From NCBI GenBank assembly GCA_047967505.1, contig CM106538.1: a stretch of 64,000 nucleotides of DNA. One strand, written 5' to 3'. Positions 36,934 through 48,631 of the stretch are shown one piece after another (positions within the stretch are counted from its first letter, which is position 1; every line of letters starts with the position of its first letter). Position numbers and translations under genes: made by a program. A model generated the notes under the pieces. It saw nothing but the letters and a program-made list of their open reading frames with translations. It did not search any database and had not been told where the DNA came from. This DNA is from Dipteris shenzhenensis (lineage: Eukaryota).

Positions 36934-37026
36934 TCATGCACTATTAGAGATTTTGATAATTACTGCACACATCTTGTTGGTCAATTTGAGACTGTCAACA
37001 CTTATTATCGCAAGTGTAGCAGCACC
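36934..37026 (+). pseudogene. Captured fragment resembling plant EMB8/ABHD1-3-family alpha/beta hydrolase
   Basis: SCTIRDFDNYCTHLVGQFETVNTYYRKCSS resembles the family motif R.FD...T....F.TVD.YY...SS (recognised from memory, not searched). Confidence 0.65.
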
Positions 37027-39197
37027 GTGTGTAATCAATTACTTCAAACCAGCCTGTACAATTCATCAATAGGCACAAGCTATAGGGATGACTCTCTATT
37101 GCAATAATCACTCCTGTGTGAAATGCAAAGCTAAGTCTCTGTGTGCACAGTGACTAGAATATTAGCGTAGAGCTCCTGTTCGTGATGAGAAACTGCTAGT
37201 ACAATATCTAATGCTGTGAAATTGCTAGAACTTATGCACTTGCACTAGCAATAATAGATGACAAAAGGTGCAAATTTTAGCAGATGTTGATGAGAAGAAC
37301 TTGCACGCCTGATTCATACACGAGATTGTTTATTGGCTGTTGATTTAACAAGCAATAGAATTGGCATATCCGTGTGGCAGATTGCTCAAGAATTTTGGCC
37401 GCCTGTGCATATAGCCTGTGCATATAACAGAAAGCAAATACATCATTTTTTGGACAGAGGCATAGTAGCCCACGACTTGAGAGAAGAATTGGCCTTAAAT
37501 CTTGATCTGTTCCTTTAGATTGGTCACCTGTGTGCAAGTCACTACTCAAAGCCCGAACATGCGATTACGACCTATAGCAAAGAAATAGTTATGGATTAAA
37601 TCCTTCGATTTTGACATTATGCAAGTTGTCTGCAAGGATTATGAATTTGTTTTAGATGCTTCGATCACTAAAGGAGCTTTCGATCTGTAGGTACATCACT
37701 TTGGCAGTGGCAGTGACACATGCTTTGACAGTGGTACATGCCTGGTTGAGATGCATTGACAGTTCGTTGGATGCATGGTTATTTGCCTATGTTAAATACA
37801 TACAGTGGTATGGTGATGTATTGAGATCCTGTCAGATTAGCATTGTTTGGAGCTATTTTAGGGCTGGTTTGTCAGCATTTTGGGGCTGATTTGTTACTTA
37901 TTCGGGCTGTTTTGCCAATGCTTTTGGGCTATTTTATTGCTGATCTGTGAGCATTCTCGGGGCTGATTTGGTTGGGCATTGTACTTGCCATTTTGTTGGC
38001 GTTGCAGTTGACATACGGGGTGATCTGCTAGATGTATTTTGACCATTTTTGGGGCTGTTTTTTGCCGGAGCAGATGAGTGCTATAAAGGGCAACAAACAT
38101 TCAAGGAAGCTACTGTTGCTATTTTTATGACAAAACAATCATTTTCAGGACTGAATATCTCTTTCCTGGTGTAGAATTGCACTTTGTGCTGAACTGGAAA
38201 GTTGAAGTTCACAGAACATACTACAACTTTGCTTTTGGAAGCAAGTTGATCTAGTGTAAGCTGCAGGAGTTACAGTCTCTGCAAAACCACAAAAAGTTAC
38301 AGTCTATTGTCTATTTGTGACCAATGTGCAGGAAGCTGTTTTTGAGGTGAGAATATCTGAGAATCAACAAGGATTTGCTCTTGAGCTCAACTGACAAGTT
38401 GTAGATTTTTCTACAAGCTACAACTTTGCTGTTTATAGCTTTGGCATCCGGTCTTTCAGTGAAAAGATATCACTGTTTCAAAACAAGGACAGCGTGTTAT
38501 CTTGCCCAAAGTGGTTGTGAGGTAATGTTGTAGGAATTTCTCTTGCACAACAATGAATTGGGAACTCACAGTAAATTACAGAAAGTGATTGGGATCTCAC
38601 TTCAGTCCAAGGGCATTATTGGCATTTTGGCAAGTCACTTTGGTACATTTGACAAGTGGTGAATGCTTGATTTTGTTGCCAAAGGATTGTGCACTTGAGG
38701 TGATGCATTGGTGATGCAGTAAATGCCATTTCGATGCATTATGGATTTGCATTGGTGGATGTCACACTGATGTTTATGGATAGTTGAGCTAGCCTCCTAT
38801 TGCCATTGGTTGAGCAAGCATTGCTCATTTGGTTCAGTGCATTTCTTACTTTGATTGCTAGGCATTGGGGCTGCATATATTCTTGTTTATGCCTCTTTAT
38901 GGCTGAGTGCTTTTGAGCATTGGATCAGCCAGTTTATTTGGAGACCTGATTGGTCTGGACAACACTATATTTTTTGGTCATTTGGGTTGCCTATTGCACT
39001 ATATTGCTCTTTGGTTGTGAGCTATTGTGCCACAGATATGGCATCTACAGCTGGTAGTGCCCTCTTTGATATTGAGAGGTTGGATGGATCAAACTTTTAG
39101 TATTGGAATGCTGAAAATCAGTCAGGAAAGAAGCTATTGAGCTTGATGACTTAGCAAGTTTTCCAATAAGCCCCGGGAGAACCATTGGAGGGCAGGG

Positions 39198-39734
39198 ATG
39201 CAGGTGCTGAAATACATCAAAGGCACACTTGATTATGGCATCACCTATACCAAGGGCGACATCTTGACTAGATTCTGTGACTCAGATTGGGCAGGAGATG
39301 TGGATAGCAAGAGATCAGTGACAGGGTACTATTTCTCACTTGGATCTGGAGTTGTGTCATGGGTAAGCAAGAAGCAACCCATAGTTGCTCTTTCTTCTAC
39401 CGAGGCCGAGTACAAATCTGCATGCTTTGCTTCTTGCGAAGCAGTGTGGTTAAGGAGGATTTTGGGGGACATGTGTGCAATGCAGAACAAGCCTACGCAG
39501 TTATCATGTGACAATCAGAGTTGCATGGCGATTGCAAAGAACCCGGTGTTCCATGCTCGCACAAAACACATTGAGATTCAATATCACTTTGTACGCGAGC
39601 TGATCATGGATGGAGAGGTCAACTTAGTGTATTGTCTGACTATAGAGAATGCTGCGGACATCTTCATGAAGGCTCTTGGAAGAGACTTGCTGGAGAGGCA
39701 TCTTCATCGACTTGGCATTGGGCCGAAAAAGTAA
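39198..39734 (+). CDS. Copia RT C-terminus/RNase H, open fragment
   Basis: FCDSDWAGD, SKKQPIVALSSTEAEY, NPVFHARTKHIE, ADIF. Confidence 0.9.
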   Translation: MQVLKYIKGTLDYGITYTKGDILTRFCDSDWAGDVDSKRSVTGYYFSLGSGVVSWVSKKQPIVALSSTEAEYKSACFASCEAVWLRRILGDMCAMQNKPTQLSCDNQSCMAIAKNPVFHARTKHIEIQYHFVRELIMDGEVNLVYCLTIENAADIFMKALGRDLLERHLHRLGIGPKK

Positions 39735-39790
39735 GTTCACTTGCGGGTGGACATTGAGGGGGGGTGTTAGATATCAATGCTCCACTCTCA

Positions 39791-40510
39791 TGTAACTACG
39801 GGGGAACCATCTAACTCTACTTGTAAGCCCCCCATATGAGGAGAAGGCATTTGAGTAGCTCAATTATCCAGTAGGTCCTGGTTTGGACACCAGATGGGGG
39901 CCATGCGTGGCCTGATGGCTGGACAGCTTCAGATAGAGTTGGCACACTGCGAACTAGGCTACATGCAAGTGCGGGAAGGCATCCCTTGACTGACCGCACT
40001 GAGGGTAGACAGAGCATTTCCCGAGGCAGCCCACTCTTGGGTTGTGGGGCTTGTTTGGAACCTCAGATGATCCCGGATGGTTATGGGCCGAACACCGTAG
40101 GTTAGTTGCTCTATTTTGCGCACCGGCTCTATCGTATGGTCGGTGGCCTATTTCAAGATCGACCCCTAGTCGATCATTTTGGGTGAACTGGGTCGGCCAC
40201 ACAATTGAGCCTAACTAACTACGACTGGTGGCTATATAAGAGTAAGCCCATTTCATCACTGGCTACAGCAACCTTGATTCCTTAGCATCCAGCCTCTGTC
40301 TTCTATTGTTTCCGACACACCATCGAAGCTTCTTTCACAGGAGCGCACGCTTGGGAGGTAGCGCCATCTATTGTATCAGTTCTACAGTAATCAAATTTTT
40401 GATTCTCCATACTATCTTGTTTTTTCTCTTGCGTACGAGATCTTATTATCTGTTGAGCATAGACGTTGTATTATTTTCTAACATATATGTCATCTTGGAC
40501 AAAATCTATT
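39791..40510 (+). mobile_element. Possible LTR of an unrelated element interrupting the family C 3' LTR
   Basis: Starts TGTAAC with an abrupt compositional change; ctatataag at ~40232. No TSD or second copy found. Confidence 0.35.
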
Positions 40511-41658
40511 AATAGAGAGTATACCATGTACTACTAATAGCTTGTGCTTAATAGGCAACTTGTTCTTGCAAACAATGTGGAGTTGATGTAGCCACAAAGG
40601 AAGAGACTTATCCATATGCCATAATTGAGAAGCATCATGACATTCCCAATGTGAAGGAAGAGGACAGTGTGTACAAACTATAACAATAGAGAGCTTGTGA
40701 AGGGGTAAATCATGTCCCCTCTCCTTACTACCACAAATAAGCCAATCATGTAATCTATTATATTCTTAATGTTAACTACATTAGTTGGTAATGTCATTTG
40801 ATGGTGGATAGTGGATTGTAGCACTAGGATTGTACCTTAGAGCCAAATAGGCCCAAGTTGATTGTAAAGAATGAGGGAAGAGAGTGGTATAAAGAGATAA
40901 GGGTTGGCCCTCCCTTCAAAAGATGGCATGTGTAAAAGGCTAAAAGGTTAACTCTCGATTAACTTTGGTCTTCACTTGTTGGTTCCACACATTGGAATAC
41001 AAGCTCTCCTCTTCTTTGGAGTTGTCTCTTGTTCCCTCAGAGTTCCTTTTGTGAATGCCATGCTCTCTTCTCCTCTTCCCTTCTTCTTCTTCTTCTCCTT
41101 TCCCTTCTTCACTTCCCTCTCCCCTCTCTCTTCTTCCCCTTATGGATTCACAATAGCAACCAGCTAGGAGTCGCTAGAATGGCACTAGTGGGTGGCATTT
41201 GTATGCATTTCTATCAACCTAGAGTAGCTCGAAGGAGTACTTCATCGGTGTTCCCATAAGATCCCCACGACTTATGCATCACTGCTAGACTACACATTTT
41301 TGGTGCCACTACTGGGAGTTTCATGTGCATTTTTGCATTGCATTTTCTTTTCTTGTTACCCACCCATTGCCCAATGCTAAAAAGCTATTGATTTTTTGTG
41401 TATGGAAAGGTGTGAGTGAAAGACAGAACAAGGGATGTTCCTAGGTCTCCGCATTCCTCAATCACTATGTATGAATCTCTTGGATCAATGGTCTGCAGGT
41501 GCTAGCCATTCTGCCTGCCCTTGCGCTCTGACCTCATGTGTTCTAATGGCAGTTTGTTATTGTGTGCATGTTTGTCATACACATTGCACACCATTTTTCA
41601 TTCAAAGCGCATTTTGTCGCCCAATGGCCAAGATTTCAGCAATTGACGCACCAAAGTT

Positions 41659-41790
41659 CCATCCTTCCTTTTCGCAGTGAGTGTCCTATGGATGCCACAG
41701 AGCTCCCTTTTCCTCCCTTGGAGGTCCATCCTTCCTTTTCACAGTGAGTGTCCTACGGATGCCACAGAGCTCCCTTTTACTCCCTTGGAG
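41659..41790. repeat. 67-bp tandem duplication
   Basis: ccatccttccttttc occurs at 41659 and 41726. Confidence 0.92.
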
Positions 41791-41799
41791 ATCTTCTTG

Positions 41800-42450
41800 G
41801 GCTACTCATCACTATTGGTTTCTTCTCTTCTCGGCTTCTGACTCGTCACTACTGTTTTCATCAAAACTCTTGTCCAAGCTCTCTTCTTTGAACTCTTCAT
41901 CATTGTCTTTGGGCTTCCTCTTTGAGATTTTCTTTAGATGACTTGTGATGTTTAGCCATCCGTCCTTGAAGTAATTCACCTGCATAGATCACTTATGCCA
42001 CCACATCATTCAATGGCATGGTTACTTTATATACCATTGCCACCACGTCTGCACATCTTTTTCCAATCCGAAAATGAAGTATCCATTCAGCACTTTGGTT
42101 GTAAGTTGCTGTGCTACATGAACTCATTGCAGGAGTTGGTGGAATTGAGCTACATAGTCTTCCACATCTGCTCTAGAATCTGCAATCTTTCTACAGTCTG
42201 TGGAATCATTTTCTCTTTACAAAACTGCCTCAAGAATGCAATTCTAATAGCATTGTAGGTTGTCTTCTCTAGAGTTGACTCAAATACGGCCTTCTTTTGT
42301 GCAACATCTAGCACATGTGGCATGTTGAGGGCATAGGTTTTGTCGCGCTAATGCACATGCATGTCCAAATCATCTCTATATTTCCCTAGAAATGTTGTAT
42401 ACTTGACATTCATCCCGCTACCATTAGAACCACAATTGTAGCCCCTAAGT
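41800..42450 (-). pseudogene. Degenerate Ty3/gypsy-type gag remnant
   Basis: FLGKYRDDLDMHV...TTYNAIRIAFLRQF...LQIL...DVEDYVAQFHQLL across frameshifts. Confidence 0.55.
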
Positions 42451-42791
42451 CTCTCCTACTATCGAAGAGTGTGGATTTTGGAATAGTCCTCTTGTCGCCT
42501 CCGACCACGTTTGCCTCAGGGTTGGTGAGGAAGTTTCACTCAATACTCTTCGCCTGCTCAGAACAGGCTGCAGAGGAGGAATAGAACTGGAATGCCACTT
42601 TGCATTGCACAGAGTGATTTCACCACTTTTTGTGGGGTTCTCTGGCTCTAGCTAGGCATCACCATGCTCTAGAGTGCCTCTGACTTGTTTTGGCCACCTC
42701 CATGTTCTAGGGATCTTTGCCAATAGAAATGGACTTTCTAGGCTATCGAGGATGCCGTGTTGTCAAAACTAATGGTTTCAAAGGTTCTTGA

Positions 42792-45700
42792 TATTGAGAT
42801 ATCAAGCTCCACTCGTGATATGCTAGGGTAACCATTGTGCATTTATGTCGCCAACTTGTTAGCTGCAGATGCGGTTGGTACACCGCCCATGAATAATAGC
42901 TGGATGATAGCTATCCTTATGTACTCTAGTTCATGGCTCAGTTAGTATGCCACCTTAGTTAGCTGAGTTTGGTTTGAGACCCACATATAGGGTTCTTCTA
43001 TTTCTTTGTACTAGAGTTCTTTTGGCTTACACAACTAAGAAGAGGAAAACTGTTTTTAGCCTCCACCTTTGTGTGTATTCCCCCATTGTGTATGTGAGAA
43101 AGCTACAAGTGAGACTCCTTCCTTCTCTCCCACTATCTTCACATGGTATCAGAGCCTAGTTCCTGTTAAGGAGCTCAAGAAAGCAGACCAAGTTCACGGT
43201 GTCTTGGTAAGAGGACCAGTGTTGCTTTCCTTTTTCGAGTTTGGGAGCAAATCTCTGCAGGTAGCATAGCCGGAAAGTGCAAGAGTGCATTGTCTCAGAT
43301 TGAGATGCCCTTCGTGGTGTGGCGAGAGGGCAGTATATGCTGCGGGAGAGGGCGAAGCTGTTGGTACTTTATTTTTTTGATTCGAGGCCATTTCGGGGCC
43401 CGTTTTGGAGGCGGAAGTTCTCCACAAGCATTGAGAAAAAGGCCCTGTTTTTGCTATGCGACCACTACTCTGCAGGTTAGTGAAAAGTTACCACAGAAAT
43501 TGCATCATATGCCTATGCACAGAGATATTGGGAGTTACAGAATCATCCTTATTGCCTGTTCATGCAAAATCGTCACTAGGAAGTGACTATGTGGTCAAAT
43601 ACCGCTTTTGTCAGTTTTGCAGATTTGCCCTTGTGAGGCAGAAGCTGTATTTTTTTACGGTGACAGAATATTTTGCAGTGTTTTGTAATAGCCTCTGATT
43701 CTATTTCATAGATTGTCACTGAAAAGCTTGACAAGAACAACTTCCAAGCATGGAAGTTTAGAATGACGAATTTCCTTATGGGAAAAGGCTATTGGGAGTT
43801 CATTACAGGAAATGAAGAAGAACCAGTTCTTCCTAATGTTCCCAATCAACAGGAAATGCAGGCATTCAAAGGATGGCATGAGAGAGCAAGAAACATTTTG
43901 TACTGGCTATCTATCAGTATTTCAAATTCTATAATTTTGCATATTCAGGATGCAAGTACACCAATGGAGGCATGGGATACTTTGGCAAAAATGTACAGCA
44001 CAAATACGCAAGCCAGGAAAATGTAGCTCAAGTAGGAGTTGCACAATGTGGAGAGAGAAAATATGAGCATCAATGACTACCACATGAAGGTGAAGAAAAT
44101 TGCAGATGCACTTGCTTCCATTGGGTCGTCAATGGAAGATGATGATTTAGTTTCTGTGACCTTGAATGGTCTAGGAAAGGATTATGCACAGTTCCGGACA
44201 TCCATTGCCGTCCATGAAAAATTTCCTGATTTTGAGGAGTTGTTTGCTCTTCTAATTTTTGAAGAGCAGAGAAATGGTGGTGCATCTTCTTCAGGAGGAA
44301 CTTCAAAATAAACTATCTTCTACTCAAATGCTGGAAGAGGTAGAGGCAGAGGTAGAGCAGGCCAAGATCTGGAGGCCCTAGTAGAATTCAGAATATGCAG
44401 CAAACTTAAGAAAACCAGTCCTATGGAGGAGGACGTGATAACTCTAGAGGCAAGGGGAGCCAAAGAGGTCATGGTGGATGGCAGAGAGGCCAAAATGCAA
44501 ACAGCAATGTTGAATGCTACTACTATGGTAAAATGGGTCATATGGCTAAAGACTGCTATAAAAAGCAGAATGACATCATGAATGGAAAATTACAACAAGG
44601 GAATTATGCATCTTCTAGTAGACAGGGTGATGATAGAAATGAGCATCTGTTTATGGTGCAGCACATGACCAATTCTATGACAAGTGCAGAAGAAAGCAAT
44701 GATGTGTGGTATGTTGACTCAGGTGCATCAAACCACATGACAGGTCATGCAGAATGGATGCAGGATGCAAGGAAAATGGAAAGACCAGGATTTGTGGAGA
44801 CTGGTGATGATCCTGCACATCCTATTGTGCAGATTGGTAAATTTCCTTTGTCTATGCAGGATGGGAAAAAGAAATACCTGTCTGATGTATTTCATGTCCC
44901 GAATATCACCAAGAACCTGGTTTCTGTTGATCAAATGGTTGAGTAGGGCTTGCAGGTCAGATTTAATCCTCATGGATGCTTTGTTGAGGATATGAAAAAT
45001 AACGGTCGCTTGATAGCAAAATGAAAGAAGAAGGGCAGGATGTTTACATTGGATGCGGACATGCCTGAATTGAGTGCAGCAATGTTTGCACATGGGACCG
45101 GTGTAGTTGTAGATGTTGATATCTGGCATAAACGCATTGTAGGAGTATTATGAAGCTAAAAAATGACTTTTAATTGGAAAAGTTAGAAAGAAATTGTGGC
45201 TTGTACATGCATGCATGTATGTGTCAATGTCAAGAGAGTTCTTGTTGCATACTTTAAAGTAAAGAAACTATCTAAAAGTACGAGTATTATGAAGGAAATA
45301 AATGTCTAGAATAACTCCACTCCTTAATGAATATGAGATAGGAGAAGCCCAATATACTTGATGATGGTGCTTCCTTAGATTCTCACCTTGTCTTCAGAAA
45401 AATTTGGGTGAAATATCTTCTTGTATTGTTGAACTGAGTTGCCCACCCTCTATCTAAAAACTACCATTGGCAATGTATGACTCAAATCAATGCAGGCCCA
45501 AAATATTGTTGCATGATTGCCTAAATTCAAGGTTGCCGAAATGCATAAGATATGTGAAGCCTATCAATTTGGAAAACAGGCAAGGAAACCATTTCCTAGA
45601 CATGTTCAAGAGAGTAAGAAGCCATTGGAATTAATCCACTCTGATGTGTGGACTACTAAAGCTGCATCTATTGGAGGCTGTCATTATTTTGTCACTTTTA

Positions 45701-48631
45701 TTGATGACTATAGCAGAAAAGTTTGGGTGTATTTTACGAAAAAGAAAAGTGAAGTGTTTGGGCATTTCAAAGCTTTTAAAGCTATGGTTGAAAAAGAAAC
45801 AGGCCTGCAAATAAAATGCCTAAGGTTAGATGGAGCGAGAGAGTACCTCTCAAATGAGTTTGCAAGGTTCTTGTAGGAGCATGGCATAAAGCAGCAATAT
45901 TCATGCAATCATACCCCACAGCAAAATGGACTTGCAGAAAGGAAAAACAGGCATATTGGAGAGGTATCTCGGGCCATGCTAAATGAAAAAGACCTACCAG
46001 ATTATTATTAGGTTGAAGCAGTTGTATAGCAGTTTACATAATGAACATGACTCCCACTGTAGCAATACATGGCATGACGCCAGAGGAGATGTATACTGGT
46101 AGGAAACCAAATATTTCTCATTTGAAAATTTTTGGTTGCATTGCCTATGTTCATGTGCCAGATGAGTTGAGGTCCAAGTTGGATCCAAAAGCTGAGAAGT
46201 GCATCTTTATTGGTTATTCTCTGCAGTAGAAAGGGTATAGATGCTATAACCCTTCTACTCGTAAGTTTACAGTGAGCAGAGATGTTTTTGATGAGATGAG
46301 CAGCTGGTATAAACCAGTAAATGTGATTGATGATGTAGATGCACAAAATGGTAATGCTACACAGAATTCACAACAGCAATCACAAAATATTAGTGGACCT
46401 GCACTGTCCTCTAGCAGTGGTTCACATACTTCACCATGGACACGTAGATTGAGATCAAGAGGATCTCCTCAAAGCAATGCAGATAGTGGTATGCAGGTAT
46501 CACAAAAAGGAAAAGAGAAGGCAGATCAGCCCATGTTTGATGTGAATGCAGGTCACTCTTATGTGGATGGTGAATCCAGTGGCTCAGAACATAGCATTGA
46601 TGATGAGTTGGGTATTCCTTCTGTTGTTACACCTACAGTAAGGAAAACCAGGGATGTTTTGAGAGCACCTGGAAGTGAGCCTATTTTGGGCAGGTATACC
46701 AGAGCTAGGTATCCTGTGGATAGGCTGAAATATGATGGATTTACAGCCATTCACTATGCCTATATGGTCAAAGTGATACAGGAACCAGAACCCACTTCTT
46801 TTGAGCAAGCCATGGGAAAAGAAAAATGGGAGAAAGCCATGGATGAAGAAATAATTGCCTTGGAACCAAATGCTACATGGGAATCGGTGCCTTTGCCTAA
46901 AGACAAGAATGCGATTGGCTGTAAGTGGGTTTATAAGGTGAAGCACAATGTAGATGGTACTGTGAACAGATACAAGGCAAGATTAGTTGTCAAGGGGTAT
47001 GCACAGGCATATGGCATTGCTTATGAAGAAACATTCAGTTTGGTTGCAAGGATGGCAACCGTAAGAGCAGTCATTACTAGGGCTGCATCAAAGGGATGGT
47101 CTTTACATCAGATGGATGTAAAGAATGCCTTCTTGCATGGTGATTTGCAAGAAGAGGTCTTTATGGAGCAGCCACTAGGTTATGTTCATGCTGTTCATCC
47201 TGAGTTTGTTTGCAGGTTGATGAAAGCCTTGTATGGCTTGAAGCAAGCACCTAGAGCATGGTGTGACAAGATAGGATAGTATCTTGTCACTATTGGCTTT
47301 TAAATTTTCAAGGCAGATTTCTCACTTTATGTGAGAAAAACAGAGAAAGGTATTATGCTGCTTGTCATTTATGTTGATGATTTGATCATCACAAGTGATA
47401 GTGATGAAGATATCCTTCATGTGAAAATGCTATTGAAGCAAAAGTTTGAGATGAAGGATTTGGGAGAGCTGCGTTATTTCTTGGGCATTGAGGTGATTAG
47501 ATCATCAAGTGGGATACGGCTCTTACAAAGGTAGTATGGATTGGACATGCTGTCCAAATATGGGATGACAGGCTATAAGCCTATTTCAGTTCCGTTGAAG
47601 CAGAATGTGAAGGTGAGCACACATGTAGGTGAGCTTCTGGAAGACCCTACTATGTACAGATGCATAGTAGGAAGTTTGATTTATATGACTATTATTAGGC
47701 CAGATTTGAGCTATGCTATTGGATTGGTAGGTCAGTTTATTCAGGCTCCAAGGAAACTGCATTTGGATGTGGCTAGATGCATACTCAGGTATGTGAAGTC
47801 CACATTGCAGTATGGACTATTTTATGAGACTGGGGTTCAGATACAGTTGCATGGATACACTAATGCTGATTGGGCTGGTAGTATTTCTAATAGACGATCT
47901 ACCAGTGGATATGTGTTCTCTTTTAGGAGTGCTGCAGTCACTTGGAGCAGCAAGAAACAGCCTCAGTTGCCTTGTCGAGCACAGAGGCTGAGTAGAGGGG
48001 TGTAGCAATGGCTGCATGTGAGGTAACTTGGTTGCATAAGCTACTTTATGATATGCATCACTCTACAGATGGGCCAGTTGTCATTTATTGTGACAACATG
48101 AGCAGTATACACTTGGCAAATAACCCACTCTATCATGCTAGAACAAAGCACATTGAGGTGCATTATCACTATGTGCGGGAGAAGGTTTTACTATGTCTTA
48201 TTGATCTAGTTTATGTCAGCACAAAGGATCAGGTAGCTGACATATTCACGAAGGCATTGGGCACAGAGAAGCTATGCAAGTTCAGAGACCTACTTGGTGT
48301 GCAGGATTTGGGATTGAGCTCGAGGGGGAGTTTTGAGATATCGACCTCCACTCGTGATATGCCAGGGTGACCATTGTGCATTTATGTCACCGACTTGTTA
48401 GCTACAGATGCGGTTGGTACACCGCCCACGAATAATAGCTGGATGATAGCTATCCTTATGTACTCTAGTTCGTGGCTCAGTTAGTATGCCACCTTAGTTA
48501 GCTGAGTTTGGTTTGAGACCCACATATAGGGTTCTTCTATTTCTCTGTACTAGAGTTCTTTTGGCTTACACAGCTAAGAAGAGGAAAACTATTTAAGTGA
48601 GACTCCTTCCTTCTCTCCTACTATCTTCACA
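42792..48631 (+). mobile_element. Ty1/copia family A copy 3 (many stop codons)
   Basis: LTRs 42792-43143 and 48331-48631 (3' LTR has a ~50-bp deletion; both TG starts mutated). TSD CTTGA/CTTGC. PBS 43144-43155. Gag-PR-IN-RT-RH fragments. Confidence 0.96.
45140..45464. mobile_element. 325-bp unclassified insertion in copy 3
   Basis: Absent from copies 1 and 2; CATTG duplicated at 45135-45139 and 45465-45469. Confidence 0.8.

Larger units (their letters stand above)
36600..39790 (+). mobile_element. Internally deleted copia element (family C): partial 5' LTR, PBS, ~2.3-kb leader, gag start fused to RNase H, PPT, truncated 3' LTR
   Basis: PBS tggtattagagc 36688-36699; MASTAGSALFDIERLDGSNF at 39038; RNase H ORF 39198-39734; ttgagggggg then TGTTAG at 39765. 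Confidence 0.8.

Noticed and set aside
40990-41180. Possible degenerate PBS motifs (tggaatacaagc; reverse of ggagtcgcta)
   Set aside because: Too many mismatches and no matching LTR pair.
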